A DNA stretch of 64,000 nucleotides from Candidatus Aldehydirespiratoraceae bacterium (GCA_047639555.1 JBLIOE010000002.1:44072-108071), one strand, 5' to 3'; shown: positions 18,658 through 27,354, numbered from the stretch's first letter. Notes: generated by a model not told the origin, from the letters alone. Program-made: numbers and translations.

Positions 18658-19665
18658 TCAGTTTCGGCGAGCAGCCCGGACGGCTGCGTCGACAGCTCCC
18701 GCTATGTCGCCGACGTTCGTGATCGCCACGGTCTCTCGGCCATGGGATCGGGCCTGTAGCTCTCCCGCAGCGATGTCAGGATCGCGCTCCTTCAGCCGCT
18801 CGGGTACGTCCACCAAGACGTTGCCGATGACGATGCCGTGGAGACGGCTGCGATCGCCACGGCGACGGGGATGGATGTACTCGACCGGTCCGGCGAAGAG
18901 CGATCCACCTTCCGTTCGAAGCGCAGGCACCCGCATTCCGCGATGCTCAAGCTCCTCGATTACGCCGACCAGCACACCGTGTTGAACGCGGGTGCGGCGG
19001 TCGCAGTAGGGCGCCAGCTCATCCAGCGAGAGCGGCTCGTTCGCGCGCTCCAGCATCGCAAGCGCGGGCCGGTAGGCCTTGGCGGTTTTGCCGCTACGGG
19101 TGCGCTTGATCGCACGCGGAGAGGGCCGCTTCACCTCGATCGCTTCTAGCGATCGATGGTCGAGATAGCGACGAGCGAGCTTGGCATTGGTACGGGCTCG
19201 CCGGAGTCCCTCGTCTTGGTACGCATCTTCGCCGACGGACTCGACGCTCGCCCCGGCGACGGCAACGGCGCTGAGCGCGCCAACCAACACCTGGTTCTCT
19301 TGAATGTCATAGGCCCGTCGGGTGGACGAACAGACAAACACGTCCTTGCTGCCGAGACTCGAGGCTTGCGCGGCGATGGTCTCCGACCACTGCACAGGAC
19401 CGCGAAGTTCACCCACACAACGTTCGTTGTTGTTGCCTACCGCTGTCTTCAAGGTTCGCAGCGTGCGGGGCATGCCAGCGAGCAGGGCCTCGGCTTCGTC
19501 ACATGTCGCCAGAAGCACGCCGATAAGTTGCTCCACCACTTCAGGCGAGAGCCCGAGCAGCGCATCGACGGTGGTCCCGGTGTCGAACGGTCGAGCGAGA
19601 CGATTCCAGAGCTCAGCGGTCGCATCAATCGACGCGTCAAACGGATCGAGACGGGGAAGGCTCAC
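18658..19665 (-). CDS. McrC-like partner protein (DUF2357-like middle region). No recognisable PD-(D/E)xK motif.
   Basis: 335 aa. LRGPVQWSETIAAQ...VFVCSSTRRAYDIQENQVLVGAL resembles the McrC family. The start overlaps the stop of the upstream AAA+ gene (ATGA at 19662-19665). Confidence 0.45.
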   Translation of the reverse strand: MSLPRLDPFDASIDATAELWNRLARPFDTGTTVDALLGLSPEVVEQLIGVLLATCDEAEALLAGMPRTLRTLKTAVGNNNERCVGELRGPVQWSETIAAQASSLGSKDVFVCSSTRRAYDIQENQVLVGALSAVAVAGASVESVGEDAYQDEGLRRARTNAKLARRYLDHRSLEAIEVKRPSPRAIKRTRSGKTAKAYRPALAMLERANEPLSLDELAPYCDRRTRVQHGVLVGVIEELEHRGMRVPALRTEGGSLFAGPVEYIHPRRRGDRSRLHGIVIGNVLVDVPERLKERDPDIAAGELQARSHGRETVAITNVGDIAGAVDAAVRAARRN

Positions 19666-20597
19666 ACTACGAGCTCAACACCGAGGACATCGCTGATCGT
19701 GCGCTGGGCCTCGAGCTGTTCTGGTGGGTCCAGGTGTTCGGCCACGGTGCGGTAGAGCATCATCGCTCGGCGCTCTTCCATACCTTCGAACTGGGGCAAG
19801 AAGTAGGCGTAGAACACCTCGTAGATGAGGCGGGACTCTGTGATGCCATCGCGGGAGCGGCGGGCGGCGTACTTTGCCGCGTCGAGATAGACGGCGGGTC
19901 CGAGGTCGGTGAACGCTCGCAGGCCGAGGAGGCGCTGGACGATTTCACCCTTGCCCTGCAGCAGCTGGCGATACGCACTCTCCGGGGGTGTGCCCACTTC
20001 GATAAAGGCGAAACGTCGCATGAGTGCGTAGGACATCTCGAAGAGGAGGTTCTTGTCGAACACGTTCATGGTGGCGATAATCCGCCAGTTGGCCGAGACC
20101 CGAATCACCTCCGTGTCCTCTGGAGCCTCCACACCGGCGGGCACGAGCGACAGCGGGTACGGCTGACCCTTTCGCTTGAACGGCAGTACAACGGCCGACC
20201 CAGACAGCACGGTGAACAGCGGGCCGAACGCTCGGTCGAAGTTCGACCGATTCAGCTCATCAATCACGAGCCAACGGCCGGACTCAATGGCTTCGGTGAA
20301 GAGGCCCGGCCGAAAGATCAGCCCATCGGCCGTCGGCTGCAAGCCACCAATCGTCTCGAACGTCGTCCACTCAGACGTGGCCGTGGTCGGCAGATAACCG
20401 GTGCAGAACATCGCCTGCCGAGCAACCTCAGACGCAAGATAGGCGAGCGTGGTCTTGCCGGTCCCCGGGGGACCCGTCAGGATCACGTGTTTGCCTGAAT
20501 CGATTGCAGCAACAAGCTGGTCGATCACATAGGCGGGGAAGATCATCCCCGCTTTTTCCGCGGCGGCGTTCAGGTCATCGCTCGTAAAGGCAGTCAC
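19662..20597 (-). CDS. McrB-family AAA+ NTPase (AAA_5 core only, no N-terminal DNA-binding domain)
   Basis: 311 aa with GPPGTGKT, LVIDELNRSNFDRAFGPLFTVL, IIATMNVFDKN and YALMRRFAFIEV. Confidence 0.75.
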   Translation of the reverse strand: MTAFTSDDLNAAAEKAGMIFPAYVIDQLVAAIDSGKHVILTGPPGTGKTTLAYLASEVARQAMFCTGYLPTTATSEWTTFETIGGLQPTADGLIFRPGLFTEAIESGRWLVIDELNRSNFDRAFGPLFTVLSGSAVVLPFKRKGQPYPLSLVPAGVEAPEDTEVIRVSANWRIIATMNVFDKNLLFEMSYALMRRFAFIEVGTPPESAYRQLLQGKGEIVQRLLGLRAFTDLGPAVYLDAAKYAARRSRDGITESRLIYEVFYAYFLPQFEGMEERRAMMLYRTVAEHLDPPEQLEAQRTISDVLGVELVV

Positions 20598-20634
20598 GAC
20601 GATCCTTTCGGCCGTATGCCGGCCGACCTGAGCG

Positions 20635-21393
20635 TCAGGTCAGTGGATTCTCATCTCGGCGTCGCACCTGCGGGTGCGGCAAGAAGACTGGAGCTTCGGG
20701 ATGAGTGGCCTCGCGATGGACGACATAGTCGACCAGCTTCTCGTACTGGCCTTGGCCGACGAGCTCCACGATCTCTTCGCGCAGGGTTCGCCAAACCGGA
20801 AACTCTTCGGAAAACGCCAACGGATCGTCGGTGCACCACCAGGCGAATTCTGCGCCACCCTCGCCCCAGTCGCGGCGCTTCCACTCACGGAGCATGTAGG
20901 TGGTGTGATCGTTGTCGTCGGTCCACTCGTCGAAGCGCAGCGGCAGTTGCCAGCACACCTGCGGCTTCCAATCGAGCGGACGTTCGTCACGAGCGACTGC
21001 CGCTTGATGAAACGCGCAGCCCGCGCCCTTTTCGAAGCCGGGCCGATTCAGGAAGATGCAGGCATCGTCGACGGTTTGGGTGACCCACTCGCCGTCGTCG
21101 TTCTTGTGGATTGGCCCACCCATCTCGGTGGCTCGATCTCGCAGCTCCCACTCGTCGGGTCCGAGTTGCTCAATACGGGCCATCGTGGATTTGCGGTCGT
21201 CATCATCGAGGAAGTGGGCGCCATAGGTACAACAGCCGTGTTCGTACTCGGGAGCGAGCTCCGTGAACACGCCCTGGCAGCCCCGGCCGTAGATGCAGCC
21301 GTACTTGCTCGTCAAGAATGTGACGTCGAACTGCCAGCTGTTGCCGTCGTCATCAGAGAAGGTGACCCACTCGTGCAGTTCAGCTGCGTCCAT
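20635..21393 (-). CDS. Conserved actinobacterial Cys-rich protein (putative Fe-S/Zn-binding), function unknown
   Basis: Start at MDAAELHEWVTFSDDDGNSW... Cys clusters: CIYGRGCQG, GCCTYGAHF, ACIFLN...GCAFH and VCWQLP. The N-terminal 77 aa of the listed ORF look like non-coding read-through. Confidence 0.6.
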   Translation of the reverse strand: MDAAELHEWVTFSDDDGNSWQFDVTFLTSKYGCIYGRGCQGVFTELAPEYEHGCCTYGAHFLDDDDRKSTMARIEQLGPDEWELRDRATEMGGPIHKNDDGEWVTQTVDDACIFLNRPGFEKGAGCAFHQAAVARDERPLDWKPQVCWQLPLRFDEWTDDNDHTTYMLREWKRRDWGEGGAEFAWWCTDDPLAFSEEFPVWRTLREEIVELVGQGQYEKLVDYVVHREATHPEAPVFLPHPQVRRRDENPLT

Positions 21394-21436
21394 GCTGGCG
21401 ACCGTAGCCCCTTCCAGAACGGATACGGTCTCTGAT

Positions 21437-21643
21437 GTGGCAGGAGAATTTGAGGAAATCCGGGGCCGGCTCGAAGTGATTGCCGAGGATCTCGCCGATC
21501 TCGCGATCATGCGGCTACAGGAGTCGATTGATGCGGGTGGGAAGGAACTCCCGGTCGACGAAAAACGTCTGACTCGGGCGAGGCGGGCCGTCGAGAAGGC
21601 AATGCACCTCCTCGACGAACCCAACCGCGACCCGTTCGACTGA
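21437..21643 (+). CDS. Small helical hypothetical protein (about 68-84 aa)
   Basis: ...AGEFEEIRGRLEVIAEDLADLAIMRLQESIDAGGKELPVDEKRLTRARRAVEKAMHLLDE. The start is ambiguous: GTG 21437 or ATG 21392. Confidence 0.4.
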   Translation: MAGEFEEIRGRLEVIAEDLADLAIMRLQESIDAGGKELPVDEKRLTRARRAVEKAMHLLDEPNRDPFD

Positions 21644-21645
21644 TC

Positions 21646-22752
21646 TCAGCTGGCAAAGTCGTTGAGGGCGTCGATCATCTGGCGGAAGAGACCCCAGCTG
21701 CGCCGATCGAATCGAAGCGCGATCCGATGGAGATCGACATGATCGTTGTCGCGCCGTTCGGCATCGGTCACCTCGATCCGCTCGATCTCGCCCTTCTCCA
21801 CAAAGCCACCAAAGCGCGCGTTGAGATCGGCCAGTTCGCCATCGCCAACCTCACGATGAAGTCGGACCACTAGGCGAGAGCCCACAAATCGCCGCGAGTG
21901 GTAGGTGCGATGGAAGCGACACACCTCTTCAACGGCGGCATCGACTGAATCCGTCACCATCACGAGCGACAGGTCGTCGGCCGAGATGAGCCCACCGTCG
22001 CGGAGCTCAACCTCAACAAATTCCTTCCAACGGGTCCAGTAGGTGCCACCGGGCGGGTCCAGAAGGACGATCGGTGCCGGAACCGACTTCCCGGTTTGGA
22101 TGAGCGTCAAGAGCTCGAATGCTTCGTCCATAGTGCCGAAGCCGCCCGGGAGCATCACATAGGCGTGGGACTCCTTCATGAACATCACCTTGCGAGTGAA
22201 GAAGTACTTGAAGTTGATCAGCTTGGGATCATCGGCGATGACCGGGTTGGCGTCGCCTTCGAACGGCAGCACGATGTTGACGCCGAAACTATTTTCGGCC
22301 CCTGCACCTTCGTGGCCGGCCTCCATAATTCCGGGCCCGGCGCCGGTGATGACCATCCAGTCCCGGGCTGCGATTGCCGCGGCAAAGTCGTGGGCGCAGG
22401 TGTAGGCGGGATCGCCGGCCTTTGTGCGCGCGCTGCCGAACACTGTGCACTTCAGAATCCCTGCGTACGGAGCAAAGACGCCGAAAGAATAACGAAACTC
22501 CTTCAGGGCCAACGAAACCATCTTCAGGTCGCCGCGATCAACATTCTCGCGAGAGAGCCGCATCGACGAAACAATGAGTTCGAAGATGAACTCGCGCTCG
22601 TCCGGTTCGACGGATTCGACCAGCGCCAAAATTTCGGCGTCGAGCTGCTCGTCGCCAGTGCGGTAATTGGAGGGGAAGTCAGACACCGCCAGAAGATAGC
22701 GTCCCCCGCCGCCTACTCTGGGCACATGGAAACCTCGGTCCCTGTGCGTCAC
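21646..22752 (-). CDS. LOG / TIGR00730-family Rossmann-fold protein (nucleotide 5'-monophosphate nucleosidase-like), long form
   Basis: VFGSARTK...ITGAGPGIMEAGHEGA...PGGFGTMDEAFELLTLIQTGK carries the PGGxGTxxE hallmark. Confidence 0.75.
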   Translation of the reverse strand: MTHRDRGFHVPRVGGGGRYLLAVSDFPSNYRTGDEQLDAEILALVESVEPDEREFIFELIVSSMRLSRENVDRGDLKMVSLALKEFRYSFGVFAPYAGILKCTVFGSARTKAGDPAYTCAHDFAAAIAARDWMVITGAGPGIMEAGHEGAGAENSFGVNIVLPFEGDANPVIADDPKLINFKYFFTRKVMFMKESHAYVMLPGGFGTMDEAFELLTLIQTGKSVPAPIVLLDPPGGTYWTRWKEFVEVELRDGGLISADDLSLVMVTDSVDAAVEEVCRFHRTYHSRRFVGSRLVVRLHREVGDGELADLNARFGGFVEKGEIERIEVTDAERRDNDHVDLHRIALRFDRRSWGLFRQMIDALNDFAS

Positions 22753-22913
22753 TCGACTCTCACTCGGATGCGTCTGCGGCTTAGCCGCGTCCTACGGGTC
22801 GGCCATGGTCCACAAGAGGCACGCTCGCTCTCGAAGATCGAGAGCGATTCCCAGGCTGAGGTCAGGGCTTCACAAAAGGGTTGGATGTAACACCGATCAG
22901 CTCCCGCGCAGCT

Positions 22914-23012
22914 CTATGAGCACCACGGCGGATCAACGAGCGCGACAGCATGGCCCTCCTCTATTCCGAGCTTCTTCGGGAGCGGCGTTCCGGTATAACC
23001 GGCGGGTGCCAT
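22914..23012 (-). pseudogene. Truncated N-terminal remnant of a GYxGTPLxxKLGI-type protein (I believe DUF3052 family)
   Basis: MAPAGYTGTPLPKKLGIEEGHAVALVDPP then a stop after 32 codons. Only about 160 nt remain before the next gene, so a full-length (about 140 aa) copy cannot fit. Confidence 0.4.
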
Positions 23013-23236
23013 AGCGACAATCATCCCGCGCGGGCGAACGACTACCGTTAACTCATGAGCAAACGCGACAAGTTGGCCATGAGAAAGCGCGACCACTTCA
23101 TTCAATTCATGAAACGGGTCTTCCGGGTCGGGAAGGCCAATGATGGTCTCTTTGCCCGCAAGGCGAAGTCGTCAGCCGCAGCGGTCGCTCAGGCCCAGAG
23201 CGATATCGCAAGCAACCCGCGGGGAATGCAGGACCT

Positions 23237-25636
23237 CTAAGCCCCGGCCACTGGAATTGCCACACGGACGCGCCGCGTGGTCTCGAGCGGCAATGTGTCG
23301 AAGTCCGGACGTCCGTACAGCGTGGTGCGCTGCACGAGATTGCGGCCCAGCGGTTCGACCACCGCACGGAAGTCTTCCGCGGTCACGGCAGTGCCATGAT
23401 CGGCGCCGGCGGCTCGCGAGATGTTCTCGTCGATCAGCGTGCCGCCAAGATCGTTGGCCCCCGATTGCAGGAGCTGAGCAATCGACCCGAAGCCGAGCTT
23501 CACCCACGAGCCCTGGATGTTGTCGATCCGGCCTCGGTAGGCAATACGAGCGACGGCGTGCATGAGGAGCACCTCACGCCAGGTTGGGCCACGGCGAGCC
23601 ATCTTGCGGAGATATAGGGGCGACGCCATGTGAACGAACGGGAGTCCGACGAACTCGGTGAACCCGCCCGTCTCTTCCTGGAGGGCGCGAGTGCGGAGGA
23701 TGTGATGCACCCAATGCTCGGGGCGTTCCATCGAGCCGAACATGATTGTGACGTTGGAGCCCAGGCCCACTGAGTGCGCCACTCGATGCGCTTCGAGCCA
23801 TTCCTCGGTGTTGATCTTGTCGGGGCAGAGGGTTTCGCGAACCTCATCGACAAGAATCTCAGCCGCGGTTCCGGGAAGCGACTTCTGCCCGGCGTCGCGT
23901 AGACGAACCAGGTAGTCGGCAAGCGGCTCTTGGTTGCGTTTCGCACCTTCGGTGACCTCGAGGGCGGTGAACCCATGGATGTGGATGCCGGGAACGGCCT
24001 TGTGAACCGCTTTCGCGACATCGATGTAGTAATCGCCATCGAAATCAGGATGGATGCCGCCTTGCAGGCACACCTCGGTGGCACCCATGTGGGCGGCCTC
24101 GATTGTGCGGTCGGCAATATCGTCGAGTGTGAGCAGGTAGGGGGTGCCCCGCAGATTCAGCGACAAGGGACCCTTGGAGAAGCCACAGAATCGGCATTTG
24201 AACGTGCAGACGTTGGTGTAGTTGATGTTGCGGTTGGCAACCCAGGTGACATCGTCGCCGACGATGTCGCGTCGCAGTTCGTCGGCGACTTCGGCAACTG
24301 CGGCGACCTCGGGGCCCCGCGCTCCGAAAAGTGTGAGGATCTCGTCGAAACCAACGTCGACGCCATCACGAACACCCTGCAACACCTCGCCGACTGCGCC
24401 ACCGGCGCTGGCCCGGCCGGGGACCAGAACGGCGGGATCGCCGCCCGCGCCGACATACCACTGGGTCGACAACTGACCGACGAGGTCGAACTCGGCGCCA
24501 TCGCCAACCTTGGCTTTTTCCATCGTGCGTTCGGGCCAAACGGAGCCGGCGTCGTCGCGAGCAAATCCCGCGCTGTCAGAACGGTCCATTACTGGGAAGT
24601 GCAACGCCTCGTCGATCCAGACATCGGGCTCGCAGGCGTAACGAGCGTGGACGGTAAGCCGCGGCGCGAGGGTGTGGCCGTGGGCTTCAGTGACCGCTTG
24701 CAAACGATCGAGATCGGGCCATGGGCGCTCGGGGTTTACGTGATCGGCCGTGACCGGAGAGACGCCGCCCCAGTCGCTCACACCAGCTTCGAGCAAATCG
24801 CCGAAGTCGTCGGAGAGGTTCGGCGGCGCCTGCACGTGGACCTCGGCCGGCAGGATTAGTCGAGCGAGGGCGATCGCTTCGAGATAGTCGTGGCGGGGGC
24901 AAGGCGGCGCGTTGTGCATCGCCGTGCCTTCCTTCGGCAGGAAGTTCTGGACGATCACTTCTTGCACGTGTCCGTGGCGGACGTGTGACGCCGCAATTGC
25001 CTCAAGGGCGGCCACGCGATCTTCGCGGTCTTCACCAATGCCGACCAGAATCCCGGTGGTGTACGGAATGTGTTGTTCACCCGCCCACTCGAGCGTGTCG
25101 AGACGGCGTTGCGGCACCTTGTCGGGCGCGCCGCGGTGACAATCGAGATCCTCGCGCAGCGACTCGATCATCATTCCCTGGCTCGGCGAGACCTTACGAA
25201 GGGCCGCAAGTTCGTCGGCAAACATCGCACCCGTATTGGCGTGGGGGAGAAGGCCAGTCTCGTCGAGCACCAGCTGGGCCATGGCAATGACGTAGTCGAC
25301 AGTGGTTTTGTAGCCGTGGCGTTGGAGCCAATCAGTGGCCACGGGATATCGCTTCTCCGGGCGCTCACCCAGGGTAAAGAGGGCCTCGTGACATCCCATA
25401 TCCGCACCACGGCGAGCAATGTCGAGCACCTCGTCGGGAGACAGGTACGGCGAGTCGAGACGAGCCGGCGGCTGTGCAAAGGTGCAGTAGCCGCACTTGT
25501 CTTGGCACAACATCGTGAGCGGGATGAACACCTTCGGCGAATAGGTGATGAACGTGCCGTAGGTGTCATCTCGTAGGGCCCGCGCTTGGGCCATGAGGTC
25601 GTCGAGCGAGAGGGCGAGCAGATCAGGTCGTGGCAT
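23237..25636 (-). CDS. fbiC: FO synthase (7,8-didemethyl-8-hydroxy-5-deazariboflavin synthase), fused CofG/CofH radical-SAM enzyme
   Basis: Start at MPRPDLLALS... The two radical-SAM sites are CQDKCGYCTF and CTFKCRFCGF. Length is about 800 aa. The upstream 121 aa of the listed ORF are low-complexity read-through. Confidence 0.9.
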   Translation of the reverse strand: MPRPDLLALSLDDLMAQARALRDDTYGTFITYSPKVFIPLTMLCQDKCGYCTFAQPPARLDSPYLSPDEVLDIARRGADMGCHEALFTLGERPEKRYPVATDWLQRHGYKTTVDYVIAMAQLVLDETGLLPHANTGAMFADELAALRKVSPSQGMMIESLREDLDCHRGAPDKVPQRRLDTLEWAGEQHIPYTTGILVGIGEDREDRVAALEAIAASHVRHGHVQEVIVQNFLPKEGTAMHNAPPCPRHDYLEAIALARLILPAEVHVQAPPNLSDDFGDLLEAGVSDWGGVSPVTADHVNPERPWPDLDRLQAVTEAHGHTLAPRLTVHARYACEPDVWIDEALHFPVMDRSDSAGFARDDAGSVWPERTMEKAKVGDGAEFDLVGQLSTQWYVGAGGDPAVLVPGRASAGGAVGEVLQGVRDGVDVGFDEILTLFGARGPEVAAVAEVADELRRDIVGDDVTWVANRNINYTNVCTFKCRFCGFSKGPLSLNLRGTPYLLTLDDIADRTIEAAHMGATEVCLQGGIHPDFDGDYYIDVAKAVHKAVPGIHIHGFTALEVTEGAKRNQEPLADYLVRLRDAGQKSLPGTAAEILVDEVRETLCPDKINTEEWLEAHRVAHSVGLGSNVTIMFGSMERPEHWVHHILRTRALQEETGGFTEFVGLPFVHMASPLYLRKMARRGPTWREVLLMHAVARIAYRGRIDNIQGSWVKLGFGSIAQLLQSGANDLGGTLIDENISRAAGADHGTAVTAEDFRAVVEPLGRNLVQRTTLYGRPDFDTLPLETTRRVRVAIPVAGA

Positions 25637-26117
25637 TGGCCGCTTCCTTGAAGTGATGGCGACCCGGGCCGGGTCGCGACGAAATTTGGGTGGGGAGAAC
25701 AGGCTCGTTGCATGTGGTGCACCACGGCTGGAGCTCCAGGCGCGTGTCGCACTCGTGATGGACGAGTTCGGTGGGGGCGTCGCCGTCGCCGCACCAGACG
25801 TCGCCCCAGCGCATGATTGCGACGAGGGCGGGGGAGAGGGCTCGGCCCTTCTCGGTGAGGCGGTACTCGTGGCGGATCGGGCGATCCTGATACGGCACCT
25901 TTTCGACGACTTCCGCTTCAACCAACGCGACGAGGCGGTCGGTGAGCAGATTCTTGGCGATGCCGAGATCGTTCTGGATCTGGCTGAAACGGCGAACACC
26001 CCGAAACACGTCGCGCAGAATCAGCAGGGTCCAGCGGTCGCCGATGACATCGAGGGTGCGCTGAATCGAACAGTCAGCGCCGACGGGGCGCGAGGTTGAT
26101 GGCGAGGCAGAGGGCAT
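25623..26117 (-). CDS. HxlR-family winged-helix transcriptional regulator
   Basis: CSIQRTLDVIGDRWTLLILRDVFRGVRRFSQIQNDLGIAKNLLTDRL...YRLTEKG. The 3' end overlaps the fbiC start by 14 nt. Confidence 0.8.
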   Translation of the reverse strand: MPSASPSTSRPVGADCSIQRTLDVIGDRWTLLILRDVFRGVRRFSQIQNDLGIAKNLLTDRLVALVEAEVVEKVPYQDRPIRHEYRLTEKGRALSPALVAIMRWGDVWCGDGDAPTELVHHECDTRLELQPWCTTCNEPVLPTQISSRPGPGRHHFKEAANATT

Positions 26118-26142
26118 GGCCTACAGACTCTAGAGAGAGTCG

Positions 26143-26157
26143 GTTGCAAATTGCAAC
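26143..26157. promoter_or_regulatory. Perfect 7-1-7 palindrome GTTGCAA-A-TTGCAAC upstream of the HxlR gene (candidate operator)
   Basis: It lies 26-40 nt upstream of the hxlR-family start codon (26117), in a 74-nt intergenic region. Confidence 0.45.
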
Positions 26158-26191
26158 TAACCCACAAGTCGGTCTGGGGAGAAGGCCTCGC

Positions 26192-27208
26192 TCAGGAGAA
26201 GAACACGTGGGTGGCGTGCCAGCCGCCGCTGTCGGTTCGCCAGAAGCCGACCCCGACCGTCGTGAACGAGGTGCGGGTCATGCTGGCGTAGTGGCCCGGA
26301 CTGTTCACCCAGAGACCGTGTATCTTCTGTGCCGCTTCCTCGGGCGAGGCGGAGCCGGCACTCCACCACGCAATATTCTCGCCGTAGGGCAGATTGCTGT
26401 GTTGGAGATCGCCGCTCAGATCCATGGTCTCTGACCAGCGGCGAGCGTCGGCGTCCATATTGGAGAGCCGCACCAGCGGTGCTAGGCCACGGTCGATCCG
26501 CAGCTCGTTGAGGAGGCTGAGCGACTGCGCTTCTGCCACCGCGAGCTCGGTCGTGGCCGCGGCAGTTGGACAGTCGCCACCCGAGCTCAAGTCGACGGGC
26601 GGACTACCCGCGTGGCGATAGAGGAAGGTGGCAACCTCAGCCCGCGAGACATACCGATCGGGAGAGAAGGTGCTCGACGAGGTGCCGGTCGTGATTCCTT
26701 CAGCGACCATCCAGCCGACAGCGTCGGCAAAGAAGTCGTTGTCCTGGACGTCGGCGAAACTCTCGGCGCCGCTGGAGGGGGCCCCACCCGCTCGATAGAG
26801 GAAGGTCGCGAGCTCGCCACGGGTGACGTAGCGGTCGGGCGAGAAGGTCAATGACGAAGTGCCAGTGGTGACACCCTCGGCCACCATCCAGCCAACGGCG
26901 CCCGAGTAGAAGGCACTATTGGGAACGTCATCAAAGCCTTCGGTGCCACCGGAGGGCCGCCCCTGGGCGCGATGGATAAACGTTGCGACCTGACCACGAG
27001 TGGTGGCTTCGCCAGGGGAGTAGCAACCCGGTGAGGTACCTGACGTGATGTCGTTGTCGACCATCCACTGAACGGCTTCGGTGTAGAACTGATCGACGGC
27101 GACGTCGCCAAACCCGGCAATCGCACCGGCGGGCGCGACGCTCGCGAAGAGCGAACCAATCACGGCCAAGAACACCGACGACATTCGCACTCGCACTCGC
27201 ACTCGCAT
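26192..27208 (-). CDS. Secreted protein with three SLH (S-layer homology) repeats and a C-terminal CAP/SCP (PR-1-like) domain
   Basis: Signal peptide MRVRVRVRMSSVFLAVIGSLFASVAPAGA. There are three F.DV....FY..AV.WM...GITTG repeats. The C-terminus is CAP-like (HSNLPYGENIAWW...WVNSPGHYASM...VGVG). ATG 27184 is an alternative start. Confidence 0.7.
   Translation of the reverse strand: MRVRVRVRMSSVFLAVIGSLFASVAPAGAIAGFGDVAVDQFYTEAVQWMVDNDITSGTSPGCYSPGEATTRGQVATFIHRAQGRPSGGTEGFDDVPNSAFYSGAVGWMVAEGVTTGTSSLTFSPDRYVTRGELATFLYRAGGAPSSGAESFADVQDNDFFADAVGWMVAEGITTGTSSSTFSPDRYVSRAEVATFLYRHAGSPPVDLSSGGDCPTAAATTELAVAEAQSLSLLNELRIDRGLAPLVRLSNMDADARRWSETMDLSGDLQHSNLPYGENIAWWSAGSASPEEAAQKIHGLWVNSPGHYASMTRTSFTTVGVGFWRTDSGGWHATHVFFS
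27185..27208. repeat. Hexanucleotide tandem repeat (TCGCAC)x3 plus one imperfect copy, encoding (RV)n at the N-terminus of the SLH-CAP protein
   Basis: Top strand reads tcgcac tcgcac tcgcac tcgcat. Bottom strand reads ATG CGA GTG CGA GTG CGA GTG CGA. Confidence 0.9.
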
Positions 27209-27354
27209 GGACTCACCCCGCGTGGCGCTCGGCAGTTTCCAAGGTTTCGGCCCGTAGCCACGCCCGCTTTACGAGAAGATAGTCCAAGCAGCGTGGCGAG
27301 ATGGGTAGCGCTCCGTAGTCAGCGAAAACGCACCACAGAAACGAGTCAGACGGC

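Noticed and set aside
21646-22752. A possible functional link between the LOG-family gene and the Pup system, because a mycobacterial LOG protein is a known pupylation substrate
   Set aside because: The gene is 29 kb from dop/pup, is a different long-form LOG architecture, and nothing in the sequence ties the two together. This would be pure association by name.
23055-23240. 61-aa basic ORF convergent with fbiC
   Set aside because: A/T-richer than all confident genes here, no family resemblance, and it overlaps the fbiC stop. It is kept only as part of the scar-region finding.
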